A DNA stretch of 64,000 bases, taken from the IMG/VR virus record IMGVR_UViG_3300015371_000008, positions 1-64,000 of that record. The stretch is one strand, 5' to 3'. The number at the start of each line of letters is the position of its first letter. Position 1 is the stretch's first letter. Origin of the DNA: a virus. The position numbers were made by a program, and so were the translations under genes. Under the pieces are notes generated by a model. The model made no database searches and was not told where the DNA came from. It saw only the letters and a list, made by a program, of their open reading frames with translations. Of this stretch, positions 45,061 to 54,351 are shown in pieces.

Positions 45061-45426
45061 TTATTCGACGGGCGGATTTTCAATGATGCGGCGGGCGTAG
45101 CGGACCGCCTCCGGGATCCCCTCGTCCGGGTGGCGGAGAGAGTCGTAGATCTCGACCTGTTCGCGGTTGGGCCGATCGCGGGCGGCCAGAAGGGCGGCGA
45201 TGGCCTCCTCCACTGAGGCGTGGTGGGTGGCCGGGCCGACAGCGAACAGGGGGGAGGCGTGGAAGGGGAGGCGGTCGTGGATGCCGGGTTCGCACAGGGC
45301 GTCTTGGTGACTGGTGTCCTCGTGCGGGGCGGGTGCCTTGTCGGGCCAGTAGCAGCCGAGGAGGGCGCCGTCTGCGTAGACGCTGCGTCCTTTGACGCGG
45401 AAAGGCTGGGTTGTGATGTCTGGCAT
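45061..45426 (-). CDS. hypothetical protein
   Basis: GGAG SD plus class I leader. Confidence 0.7.
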   Translation of the reverse strand: MPDITTQPFRVKGRSVYADGALLGCYWPDKAPAPHEDTSHQDALCEPGIHDRLPFHASPLFAVGPATHHASVEEAIAALLAARDRPNREQVEIYDSLRHPDEGIPEAVRYARRIIENPPVE

Positions 45427-45558
45427 GGGCTTGCTCCGTGGTGCGTGTGGTGTCGCTCTTCAAGCCATGTCAGGCTACATGCATTTAGTGTTTCGGTGTA
45501 GATGCCTGTGGGGCTCAACCGTGTCACGGTGACCGGTCAAGCCCCACGTCAGAGGTGT

Positions 45559-45840
45559 TCACGCTGAGTCGCTGCGCAGTGTCTCCAGGTAAGGGTTGTG
45601 CGGGCCGGGCTTGACGATGCCGGTCTCGCGGGCGTAGCGGACCCGGGCCAGTTCCCACGCCATCGACAGGGCGCCGGTGATGGATCGCGGGGAGTTGTGG
45701 GCCACATCGTCGATCAGCGCCGACAGGCGCTCCAGATCAGTCCGACTGGCGCGGGCGAGCTTGTTCAGTTCGGCTGTGCGGGGGTCGGAGGGGGTGCGGC
45801 CCCGGCGGGGGCCGAGGGTGAGTTCGCGGGCGCGGCTCAC
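45559..45840 (-). CDS. hypothetical protein
   Basis: GTGA overlap. Confidence 0.6.
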   Translation of the reverse strand: MSRARELTLGPRRGRTPSDPRTAELNKLARASRTDLERLSALIDDVAHNSPRSITGALSMAWELARVRYARETGIVKPGPHNPYLETLRSDSA

Positions 45841-46013
45841 CGGCCCGTCTCCCGCCGTACCGTCTTGATCACCATGATGACGACGAGGGCGGCCCAGTGG
45901 GCGGCGCACGTGGTCAGGGCCATCCAGGCGCCCAGTTCCGGGGTGATGACGCCGACGGCCATCAGGAGGGTGAAGACGGCCAGGAAGCCGAGCACGGACG
46001 CGGTGAACTTCAT
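45837..46013 (-). CDS. small membrane protein
   Basis: Two TM segments. Confidence 0.6.
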   Translation of the reverse strand: MKFTASVLGFLAVFTLLMAVGVITPELGAWMALTTCAAHWAALVVIMVIKTVRRETGR

Positions 46014-46126
46014 CGGCCGCTCGCCACCTTTACGGTGGCGTAGGCCAGGACGGCGCTGATCTGGATGACGATGACGGTGACGATCATTTCTTACTCCTGT
46101 GGTGTTGGTCGCTCTCCAACACTCCA

Positions 46127-46156
46127 AAGATACAGTCATTTAGCGTCTCGGGTCAA
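46127..46156 (-). promoter_or_regulatory. class I promoter
   Basis: TTGACC-18-TATCTT with CGCTAAATG. Confidence 0.8.
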
Positions 46157-46797
46157 GGGGTTTTGACGAGGTCGAAGAACTCGCTGCGCATCGCCACACT
46201 GTCCCGGAACGAGCCGCGCAGGTGCGACGTCACCATGGCCGCGCCGACCGCGCGGGCTCCCCGCAGCGTCATGCAGGAGTGCGCTGACCGGATCACGCAC
46301 GCCGCCCCCTCGGTGTCGAGGTTGCGGACGATCGCGTCCACGATCTGATCGCCGAGGCGTTCCTGCATCTGCGGCCGGGCCGCGTACTCCTGCACGATCC
46401 GGGCCAGCTTCGACAGGCCGACCACGCGGGCGCCCGGCGCTGGAACGTAGCCGACGGCGGCCGTGCCGGTGAAGGCGAGGAGGTGGTGTTCGCAGATTGA
46501 GGTGAACGCGATACCCGGCACGATGATCATGCCGGGGTTGTTCGACGGCGGCGGGAATGTCCGGGCGAAGTGCCGGTCCGGGTCGGCCCGAGTTCCGGCC
46601 GTCAGCTCGACCAGGGCGCGCACGAACCGGCCCGGCGTCTCCTCGGTGCCGTCGTCGTCGCACGGCATCCCCAGCGCCCGCAGCATCGCGCGGGCATGCA
46701 TGACGGCGACGTTGAAGTCCCCGGCCGCTTCCGGGTCCGTCTCGATGTAGCCGACCGGGTCCGGCAACCCGTACGTGTAGATCTCTTCTACGGCCAT
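46153..46797 (-). CDS. folE: GTP cyclohydrolase I
   Basis: ETPGRF, SICEHHLL, GLSKLARIV, PQMQERL, HSCMTLRG. Confidence 0.96.
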   Translation of the reverse strand: MAVEEIYTYGLPDPVGYIETDPEAAGDFNVAVMHARAMLRALGMPCDDDGTEETPGRFVRALVELTAGTRADPDRHFARTFPPPSNNPGMIIVPGIAFTSICEHHLLAFTGTAAVGYVPAPGARVVGLSKLARIVQEYAARPQMQERLGDQIVDAIVRNLDTEGAACVIRSAHSCMTLRGARAVGAAMVTSHLRGSFRDSVAMRSEFFDLVKTP

Positions 46798-47534
46798 CAG
46801 CGCCCCCGCTCGTCTCCCCAGAGCAGCACATGCATGCGATGGGTGTAGTTGAACCGGTAGAACAGCGCCTGCTCTACGGTGTTCCTGGTGGTGACGGCCA
46901 GCACTTCGGCGCTCCGCCCCTCCGGCATGATCCAGACGCGTTCGGCCGGGATGTCCAGGTCAGTGACGTAGGCGGCGACCGCATCGACGTCAGAGGCGAT
47001 ACGGCATACCCACTTGAAGACGGCTTTGCCCGTGTCGCGGAACGCGGTCAGCACCTCGGGCCGGATCCGCTTCTCCTCGCTCATCCCGGCGTGCGCCAAC
47101 TTGGGGCTCACGTTGAACTGGCTTACGCAGGCAACCGTGTAGGCGTCGGGGGTGATGGTGCCGTTCGTCTCCACCTCCACCCGTTTGCCGAGCCGCTTCA
47201 GCCCGTCCAGCAGGCTGCGCCATCCCTCCTGCTGCTGGTGCAGTAGCGGTTCACCGCCGGTGATGACGACCATGTCGGCGCCGTGCTGCTCCACTTCGGC
47301 CAGGATCCCGGCGACCGGCGCCCGCGTCAGCTCCTCGCGCAGGTTGTAGCGGTCGGCGTTCCAGGTGTATTGGGTATCGCACCAGCCGCAGGACAGGTTG
47401 CAGCCGCCAGTGCGGACGAACGACGCCGTACGGCCCGCCGACGCTCCTTCGCCTTGCCAGGTTGGGCCGAAGCATTCGGCGATCACCAGGGATTCGTCTG
47501 TGCTGAACAGCTCAACCGGGGGGGTGTCGGTCAT
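46797..47534 (-). CDS. queE: 7-carboxy-7-deazaguanine synthase
   Basis: QGEG, CNLSCGWCDT, ITGGEPLL, VETNGT, NVSPKL. Confidence 0.95.
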   Translation of the reverse strand: MTDTPPVELFSTDESLVIAECFGPTWQGEGASAGRTASFVRTGGCNLSCGWCDTQYTWNADRYNLREELTRAPVAGILAEVEQHGADMVVITGGEPLLHQQQEGWRSLLDGLKRLGKRVEVETNGTITPDAYTVACVSQFNVSPKLAHAGMSEEKRIRPEVLTAFRDTGKAVFKWVCRIASDVDAVAAYVTDLDIPAERVWIMPEGRSAEVLAVTTRNTVEQALFYRFNYTHRMHVLLWGDERGR

Positions 47535-48037
47535 GCGCTCTCCCGTAGGGGTTGGGTGGCTCGGGACCACACCTCGCGCACGGTGACGCGGGGGGCGGGC
47601 GCCTCCCACTCTGCCGCGTTGACGTGGGTCTCCGTCACCACAACGCGCGCAATGTGGGTGCCGTCCGGCGGTTCCGGCGGCAGCCACATGACGGCCCGGT
47701 CGGCGATCATCTCCGCGACCGCCTCCACCGTCGGCCAGTCGGCGCCGGGCCAGTCGTAGCCGAACCGGAACACCTTGCAGCCGTGCTCCAGCAGGATCTT
47801 GGCCAGCGGATCCTGATTGCCGAGCATGGCGCCGTGGTCAAGGTTGGTGTCGATCCAGGCGCGCATGTGCGCCTTGAAGCCGCCGAACTCCACGATCGTG
47901 CCGTAGCCGTCCAGTTCGGGGGCGGACACCGTTACCGTGGCCCACCAGGAGTGGCCGTGCAGGTTGGTGCACTTGTCGCCGAGTAGCGGCAGCCGGTGGG
48001 CCGCTTCGAAATTATGACGAACGGAAATGGAGCGCAT
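47531..48037 (-). CDS. queD: 6-carboxytetrahydropterin synthase
   Basis: FEAAHRL, CTNLHGHSW, LDHG, PTVEAVA, VVVTET. Confidence 0.93.
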   Translation of the reverse strand: MRSISVRHNFEAAHRLPLLGDKCTNLHGHSWWATVTVSAPELDGYGTIVEFGGFKAHMRAWIDTNLDHGAMLGNQDPLAKILLEHGCKVFRFGYDWPGADWPTVEAVAEMIADRAVMWLPPEPPDGTHIARVVVTETHVNAAEWEAPAPRVTVREVWSRATQPLRESA

Positions 48038-48043
48038 CCCCGG

Positions 48044-48074
48044 ATCGTGGCGGGGATGCGCTCCTTGTGTCGCG
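48044..48074 (-). promoter_or_regulatory. class II (putative late) promoter
   Basis: CGCGAC-N19-CACGAT-N6-ATG. Confidence 0.8.
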
Positions 48075-48242
48075 GCCTGGGTCAGTCCAGGTTGCGGGAC
48101 AGCCAGCGGTCGTATTCCGTTTCGCGGGCTGCCTGCTCCGTCTTCTCTTCGCAGGCCGGGGTGCAGACGAAGTGGCCGCAGTCAGAGCACATACTGTTCA
48201 TGAATTTCTCCCTGGGGGGGTCGCAGGTTAGCGGTTGGGGGG

Positions 48243-48659
48243 TTAGGCGGCGCACTTGTCGGCGTCGCGGCAGAAGTGCTGGGCGGGGCCGCAGATGCGG
48301 GCGGCTTCGCGGATCGTCTTCGGGCTCCAGTAGCAGTCCCGCTCCACGTAGATCGGGACGGGCAGGCCGTACCTGGCCCGGCCCACCGTCTGCTCCAGGT
48401 CGCGCAGGTCGAAGTAGCACAGCTCGGCACCCTGCGGGTTACCGGCCAGTCGGACGTAGCCGAATACTTCGCCGGTGGTGTCGAAGTCGTCGGCGAACTC
48501 GGTCACCCACCAGTCGCCTGCGGCGCCGAAGTAGTGGACGTGGACGGTGGCGTCCAGCCCCTTGCCTTCCTGGGCGTAGAGCTTCGGGTATTTGGCGAGT
48601 TCGCGGGCGGTGGGGTAGAAGCGGTGGCCGCGAAGGCGCCGGTTCTTCTCGATGAACAT
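48243..48659 (-). CDS. DUF2958-like protein
   Basis: HYFGAAGDWWVTE...FGYV...ELCYFDL...VERDCYW. Confidence 0.75.
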   Translation of the reverse strand: MFIEKNRRLRGHRFYPTARELAKYPKLYAQEGKGLDATVHVHYFGAAGDWWVTEFADDFDTTGEVFGYVRLAGNPQGAELCYFDLRDLEQTVGRARYGLPVPIYVERDCYWSPKTIREAARICGPAQHFCRDADKCAA

Positions 48660-48717
48660 CTGTTCTCCTGTGCGTCGCTCAAGGTGGGGGCCCCGGATCC
48701 CGGGGCCCATCGGCCGG

Positions 48718-48852
48718 TCAGAACATGCATCCCAGGCGGGCGACGACGATCTCCCAGGCCCACTCGCGGAAGGCGGGGACGAAGATCAGGGCGGCGATGT
48801 GGGCGACGAACAGCGTGACGCCGATAACGAAGGGGAGGTCGCTGCGCTTCAT
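48718..48852 (-). CDS. small membrane protein
   Basis: MKRSDLPFVIGV after AGGAG; class I leader. Confidence 0.55.
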   Translation of the reverse strand: MKRSDLPFVIGVTLFVAHIAALIFVPAFREWAWEIVVARLGCMF

Positions 48853-48894
48853 GATCTTCTCCTGGGGGTGTCGGTCGCTCTTTCCGATACCCCA

Positions 48895-48924
48895 AAGATA
48901 CAGTCATTTAGCGCCTCAGGTCAA
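48895..48924 (-). promoter_or_regulatory. class I promoter
   Basis: TTGACC-18-TATCTT with CGCTAAATG. Confidence 0.8.
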
Positions 48925-49787
48925 GGGCCGTAGCCCATCGCGTTCATCACCGCGTACACCTCGCCCAGCCGGGCCGGACTCGTCGTCACGACGTTCCAGT
49001 GCAGCCGGTTCCAGAACTCGCGTGCCGGTTCGGTGAAGTCGATGCCGTCCGGATACGTCGCCTCCACCTGCCGCCGGTAGCCCCGGGCGGCGAACGCCAC
49101 ATACCGGTACAGGCAGGCCCAGCAGCGTCCGCAGTGGCCCGGCATGTCGGCGAAGCAGGAGCGGGCGGCCAAGGCGTCCTCCAGCCAGCCCCGGGCGGCC
49201 CACCATGACACGCAGTCGGCCTTGGACATGCCGATCAGTGGGGAGGACAGGCGGAAGTCGAAGCCGTTCGCGGTGGCCATGTGCTGCATGGTGGACGCCC
49301 ACCGGAACGACTTGTCGCCGCCGACGATCGGTGTCTCCAGGTAGTTGCCGCCCAGGTGGCCGAACCAGACTTCGCCCCACCAGCCGTGAGCGTGCGCCCA
49401 TTCCAGCAGCCGCCACACGATGATCGAATTGCGGCCGATCTGGAAGTCTCCGACGGCGGTCCAGTCGTCGCCCACCTCCAGCATGTGCAGGCGGCCCTCA
49501 GTCAGCCGTAGCGCGGCTTCCCGGTCGCGGCGGGCGTACGGCACGCCGGTGGCCGCCATGACCGCCTCTACGGGCAATCCAGCGGCGCGGGCCATCCGGT
49601 AGCAGGTGGAGGAGTCCAGGCCGCCGGACACCGGGATGATGATCCGGAAACGCGGGTCGTCACGGTCGGCGTGCGGCAGCATCTGCCGCCGGAACGCGGT
49701 GTCGTCGCGACCCAGCCGCCACACCGCGCCCGGGTCGCCGCCGTCCAGCGCCGTCATCTCTTCGACTGCGTCGCCGGGCAGGTTCAC
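48921..49787 (-). CDS. queC: 7-cyano-7-deazaguanine synthase-like
   Basis: SGGLDS PP-loop, RN, SPL...SKAD, SCF...CGRCWAC..R. Confidence 0.88.
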   Translation of the reverse strand: MNLPGDAVEEMTALDGGDPGAVWRLGRDDTAFRRQMLPHADRDDPRFRIIIPVSGGLDSSTCYRMARAAGLPVEAVMAATGVPYARRDREAALRLTEGRLHMLEVGDDWTAVGDFQIGRNSIIVWRLLEWAHAHGWWGEVWFGHLGGNYLETPIVGGDKSFRWASTMQHMATANGFDFRLSSPLIGMSKADCVSWWAARGWLEDALAARSCFADMPGHCGRCWACLYRYVAFAARGYRRQVEATYPDGIDFTEPAREFWNRLHWNVVTTSPARLGEVYAVMNAMGYGP

Positions 49788-50731
49788 GCTGCCGCCTCCT
49801 GTCGTGTGCGCTGCACGACCAGGTCCACGATCAGGTCGAAGTCGCCCTCCGATCCAACCGCGAGGTAGATCTTGGGGCCGTTGAAGTGGATTCCGGGCGG
49901 TGTCGGTACGTAACGGTGGACGGCCAGGTGGTCGGCGTAGTTCATCCACGACAACAGTGCGGAGGAGGAGGTCCAGTCGCGTTCGGCCCGGCCCAGCTCC
50001 TTGCCGCGCATGCCGACGCGGGCGAAGCCAGGGTTGGCCAGAGCGACGGGATCGCCGCCATAGGCGCGCACCAGACTGGCGGAGGGGCGTCTAACTCCCC
50101 TTTTGATGTCGTCGGGGTGGCGCACGCACACCCATCGACCTCGCCCGCTATCGAAAAGGGTGATGGAGCCGTTGCGACTGCCCTGGGACCAGAAGGATGA
50201 GTCCACGCTGTAGAAGGGCAGCAGATCGGGGTAGGGCGGCCGGGTCATGCCGAGTCCGTGCAGGACGGCGCCGTGCGCTCGTGCGATCTTGTGGGCGCGG
50301 ATGAGCCACTGCATCATCGCCTTGCCCCGGGCGTTGACGGCGACGCCGCCGCCGAGGGCGACGAACGGATGCGTCGCGCACCACCGTTCCAGTTCCGACC
50401 ATGGCGAGCCGACGTGGAAGATCGGGATGATGTAGGTGGCGTCGCCCACCATCTGCTCCAGTTCCAGGGTGTTGCGGCCGGACGCGGCCGGATCCCCGAT
50501 GACGTCCAGTGTCATGGCGCAGTTGACGTACGGGCCGTATACCTGCAACCAGGTTGCATACCCCTTCAGCGAGATCGTCTTGCCTGTGGTGTAGGCGGTG
50601 AACGCCCCCGAGTCGGCCATGAAATCCACCTCCACGCCCCGTTCCCGGGCCCGGCGGACCAGCTTGCCCAGGTCCGTCTTGGCGAAGTAGGCGAACGAGC
50701 CGAGGATGGTGACGCGGCGTTCAGGCTGCAC
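49784..50731 (-). CDS. dpdA: DpdA-like 7-deazaguanine DNA transglycosylase (TGT fold)
   Basis: ADSGAFTA, LDVIGD, IPIFH, LHGLG, SVDSSFW; beside que genes. Confidence 0.75.
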   Translation of the reverse strand: MQPERRVTILGSFAYFAKTDLGKLVRRARERGVEVDFMADSGAFTAYTTGKTISLKGYATWLQVYGPYVNCAMTLDVIGDPAASGRNTLELEQMVGDATYIIPIFHVGSPWSELERWCATHPFVALGGGVAVNARGKAMMQWLIRAHKIARAHGAVLHGLGMTRPPYPDLLPFYSVDSSFWSQGSRNGSITLFDSGRGRWVCVRHPDDIKRGVRRPSASLVRAYGGDPVALANPGFARVGMRGKELGRAERDWTSSSALLSWMNYADHLAVHRYVPTPPGIHFNGPKIYLAVGSEGDFDLIVDLVVQRTRQEAAA

Positions 50732-51377
50732 TGTCGTGCGCCCACTCGATCAGCCGAATGAACCGGGCGGAGTCGTCCAGTTCCCCGTACGGCTCGGTCA
50801 AGTCCATGAAGAAGTTGCGGATGTGCGGCGGCACCTTGAACCGCAGCAGCGGCCACAGGTCGGAGTCGTCGGGGTCGCCGTATTCCTTCTCCAGGTCGTC
50901 CAGGGTGGGCGGCTCACCCAGGGATGCGATCATGTCGTCCAGGTCGGTTTGGGAGTATCCGGCGAGTTCGAGCAGGTCGGGGTTGTCGTCGGCGATCTCG
51001 TCCAGGACTTCGACCAGGAGACGGTCGTCCCAGCCGCCCAGTTCCGACAGCCGGTTGTCGGCCACCAGGTACGCCTCGGCTTCGGCGTCGGAGCGGGATG
51101 CCCAGCCGCGCACGATCGGGACCAGCCAGTCGCCGTCGGCTTCGGTGACGCCTTCGGGCGGGGTGGCGCCGTCGGCGCGCATGGAGTCCAGGGCGGCCAG
51201 GCGGCCGTGCCCGGCGACGAGGCGGCCGGTGCGTTCGTCGAGGAGTCCGGCCATGGTGACGCCGAATTTTTCGATCGACGCGCGGATGGCGCTGGCTTGG
51301 TGCGCTTTCGGATTGCGGGTCGCGCGGGTGATGCCGGACAGGGGCAGGTGGTCGATGCGGCGGGAGGTGGTCGTCAC
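50721..51377 (-). CDS. ParB-N-like domain protein
   Basis: RNPKAH, SIEKFG, LVAGHGRLAAL, YLVADNRL. Confidence 0.85.
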   Translation of the reverse strand: MTTTSRRIDHLPLSGITRATRNPKAHQASAIRASIEKFGVTMAGLLDERTGRLVAGHGRLAALDSMRADGATPPEGVTEADGDWLVPIVRGWASRSDAEAEAYLVADNRLSELGGWDDRLLVEVLDEIADDNPDLLELAGYSQTDLDDMIASLGEPPTLDDLEKEYGDPDDSDLWPLLRFKVPPHIRNFFMDLTEPYGELDDSARFIRLIEWAHDSAA

Positions 51378-51384
51378 GTCCGGC

Positions 51385-51415
51385 AGCGTGCCCGACGCCG
51401 GAGGTTAAGGTCGCG
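51385..51415 (-). promoter_or_regulatory. class II (putative late) promoter
   Basis: CGCGAC-N19-CACGCT-N7-GTG. Confidence 0.8.
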
Positions 51416-51854
51416 TCCTTTCGGCGCGGCCGAACAGCCACAGGATGTGGGTGACGACGACGTCCAGGCGGTGGGTGTCTCCGATCGTGTTGCCCCATTC
51501 GGAGATGTAGGCGCAGGCTCCCCGCACGGGCACGACGGTGATCTCTATTCCGGCGTCGTGAATGGCGGGTGGTCCTGCGTGCACGCAGGAGCTTCCGGCG
51601 TCGTCGGTGTAGGTGTAGCCCGGTAGGCCGTGTTCGGTGAGGCGCTGCATGAGGACCCGTCCGGCCGTCTGTGGTTCCCACCGTCGCATGATGCCCGCGC
51701 CGACCTTTCGTCGCTCCCGAAAGTCCTGCCACTTAGCGTTCGCATGACGATACGCCTCGTTACGCGGGAAGGTCTCGGGATCGTGCACCTTTTCGGCGCG
51801 TCCTACTGCTTCAACGGCATCGTCCGGATCTTCGGGTGCTGGCAGAACGGGCAC
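51405..51854 (-). CDS. hypothetical protein
   Basis: ORF track. Confidence 0.55.
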   Translation of the reverse strand: MPVLPAPEDPDDAVEAVGRAEKVHDPETFPRNEAYRHANAKWQDFRERRKVGAGIMRRWEPQTAGRVLMQRLTEHGLPGYTYTDDAGSSCVHAGPPAIHDAGIEITVVPVRGACAYISEWGNTIGDTHRLDVVVTHILWLFGRAERTRP

Positions 51855-52435
51855 TTACAGCGGGTGTAGCGCTTCCCGCGACGCAGCTGCTGAAGGGCTA
51901 TCTTCCCCGAACAGCGGTAGTGCCGCCCCTCCCGGCACGGATTCGACACATCGACGAGCTTGCCGACCAGCGGGGTGGTGTGGTTCGGCCCCAGCGCCTC
52001 CCATGTGGCCTGCGCCCCCGCCTTCCGCCCCCGCTCTTCGGCCGCGAGGGCGGCCACGAGGGCGGCGCGGATCTGCTCCAGCGTTCCGGAGGCGACACCG
52101 GGCAGGGCCAGCAGGTCGGCGTCGGCCATCTCCAAGAGATCTCCGATCTTGGGGTTGTGGGTGACAGCGTCACGGAGCAGGACGTGCGCACGCAGCCCTC
52201 GATCCAGGGCCCTGCTTGCGCGGCTTGGCACGCCGGGCAGCCCGTCGGCGACGGGCTCATCTGCCGACACCAACTCCAGATCCAGGAAGTGTCTTACCAG
52301 ATGGCGGATCTCCGTGCTGCTCACTGTGACCACGGCGACACTCACAAAATCGTTGTACCCGGACAGCCTCGCGGCCACCCGGGAACCGGCAGGTTGCGTG
52401 GCCGCGAACAGCCACTTGATCCTTTCTATCATCAA
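51803..52435 (-). CDS. protein with RNA polymerase alpha-CTD-like HhH domain
   Basis: SRASRAL...KIGDLLEMADADLLALPGVASGTLEQIRAAL. Confidence 0.65.
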   Translation of the reverse strand: MMIERIKWLFAATQPAGSRVAARLSGYNDFVSVAVVTVSSTEIRHLVRHFLDLELVSADEPVADGLPGVPSRASRALDRGLRAHVLLRDAVTHNPKIGDLLEMADADLLALPGVASGTLEQIRAALVAALAAEERGRKAGAQATWEALGPNHTTPLVGKLVDVSNPCREGRHYRCSGKIALQQLRRGKRYTRCKCPFCQHPKIRTMPLKQ

Positions 52436-52488
52436 GGGCCGGGCCCCCGACAGTAGGGGGTCCGGCCCTTGAGATGGGCGCTAAATGG

Positions 52489-54252
52489 CTATGACTTCGG
52501 TGTGGTGGCCCGCCGCCGGTACTCATCCAGGTAGACGGCGGCGCAGTCCACCAGCGCCTTCTCCTGCATCTTGGCCGGATCATTGGTGCAGCCGGACGCC
52601 GTCGCCTGGGTGGTGGCGTTGACGTTGGTCTGCGTCGTGGGCGGCTGTGTGGCGGCGTCCAGGGTGACGACAGAGGTGGCTGACGCCTGCCCGTAGGTGA
52701 CGTCCATGTACAGCTTGGTGACACCGCGCACCTCGCCGAACAGTCGCCACTTCGTCTCCGTCAACGGCGTGAACTCCGTGAGCTTCAACCCCGAGGGGAC
52801 CAGCGTGGAGTAGTCGCGGGAAATGGCCAGGTAGTTGACGGCGTCGGACAGCATGTCGTTGAAGTTGACGGGGTTGTGGTCGGCGCCGAAGACGTGGATG
52901 TCGAGCGGGTTCAGGGTGCCGCTGGTCACCCGGTCGGCCGGGATCATCGTGTAGGCGATGATCGACTGCGACTTTGAGCCGTTCGGCGTGGCCGGGGTGA
53001 CGAACCACAGCCGCCGGGTCTTGCGGTCACGCAGAAGGAACTCCGAGGTGTTGCCCGCCTGAACCTCATCGGTGGCAGGCTCGAAACCGAAGCTGGCAAG
53101 GTTCATGTAGCGGCGTCCGGCGGTCCATTCGGTCGCCTCCCGCTGGTCGGTGACGATCGACAGCGGGTAGACCGGGCCGGGGAACTCGCCCGCCTTGACG
53201 TTCGGCTTCCACGTGATGTCGGGGGTTCCGGATGTGGAGCCCTTCAGCACCAGGACACCGGCCGGGACGCGGACCGTCTGCACCTCGAACGGTACGGCCT
53301 GCTGCACCGGGATGACGATCACCGGGTAGCGGTCGGCAACCGGCGCCTTGGGGTCACCGGCGCAGTAGCCCCACACGTCGCTGCGCTCGAACAGCAGCTG
53401 CGGGTAGTACTCGGTGACGTAGTTCTCCAGGTCGTTCATCCTGTCGCCGTTGAAGGCGCGGTTGAACTTGTAGCCGTCGCGGAACGGGCACACCTGGGCG
53501 GCCTGCGCCTTGCCGTCCCACTCGGCCACGCCGGAGATCGGCTGGATCCGCTCGGAGCCGTCCAGGATGGTGGTCCACACGCCGGTGTCGGCGTCCTTGC
53601 CGGGCAGGTAGGTGGCCGACTCCTCCATGACGTCCACCCGTTGCACCGTCGAGGCGGCCTTGCCGATCGCCTTGAGGGCGCCGTTGAGGGAGGCGGTACG
53701 GCCCTCCCAGTCGGGCACGAACGGGGTGTCGGACACCTTGATGCACGCCTTGACGTCGTGCACGCCGTATTGGCAGCCGTTGGCCGCCTTGGTCATCGTG
53801 GCGGGCTTGTCGTCGGCCGTCTTGAACAGCGGCGCCGTGGAGGGGGGCGTCTTGGTCGGCAGGTGGTAGACGGTGGCGGAGGAGTAGTAGCGGCCGTCGT
53901 CCTTGTCGTTGTCCCAGAACGCGGCCACCATCGGGGCCAGGCAGACCAGCGCCAGGATAGCGGCGAGCACTCCCACGGAATTGTCCCCGACGGAGGGTCG
54001 ATACTCGCTGGTGAGCATGATGACCGCCGTGCCGATCATGCCGACGATGACGTAGATCCAGGCCAGCGGCGTGTAGGAGCCGACATCGAACAGGCCGCCG
54101 GGCAGCAGCCACTCCTGGACAGCCAGGGAGAGGGACTGGCGGGCTTCTCCGAGGCCGTGTCCGAAGAGGGCCAGGAATCCGGTGATGATGAAGTAGACGG
54201 CGGGGATCCACAGCCACCAGACGATGACGCCGACGATACGACCAAGCGACAT
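52489..54252 (-). CDS. large membrane-anchored protein
   Basis: Three N-terminal TM helices, long soluble domain, AAGGAG SD. Confidence 0.85.
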   Translation of the reverse strand: MSLGRIVGVIVWWLWIPAVYFIITGFLALFGHGLGEARQSLSLAVQEWLLPGGLFDVGSYTPLAWIYVIVGMIGTAVIMLTSEYRPSVGDNSVGVLAAILALVCLAPMVAAFWDNDKDDGRYYSSATVYHLPTKTPPSTAPLFKTADDKPATMTKAANGCQYGVHDVKACIKVSDTPFVPDWEGRTASLNGALKAIGKAASTVQRVDVMEESATYLPGKDADTGVWTTILDGSERIQPISGVAEWDGKAQAAQVCPFRDGYKFNRAFNGDRMNDLENYVTEYYPQLLFERSDVWGYCAGDPKAPVADRYPVIVIPVQQAVPFEVQTVRVPAGVLVLKGSTSGTPDITWKPNVKAGEFPGPVYPLSIVTDQREATEWTAGRRYMNLASFGFEPATDEVQAGNTSEFLLRDRKTRRLWFVTPATPNGSKSQSIIAYTMIPADRVTSGTLNPLDIHVFGADHNPVNFNDMLSDAVNYLAISRDYSTLVPSGLKLTEFTPLTETKWRLFGEVRGVTKLYMDVTYGQASATSVVTLDAATQPPTTQTNVNATTQATASGCTNDPAKMQEKALVDCAAVYLDEYRRRATTPKS

Positions 54253-54351
54253 GGCGACTCCTTTCCGATCTTTTCGGGTGTCGGTCCCGGGCGGGACCGG
54301 CTACCGGGGGCGCCACCACGCGGGGTTGGTGACGCGGCCTGGTGGCCGGTA

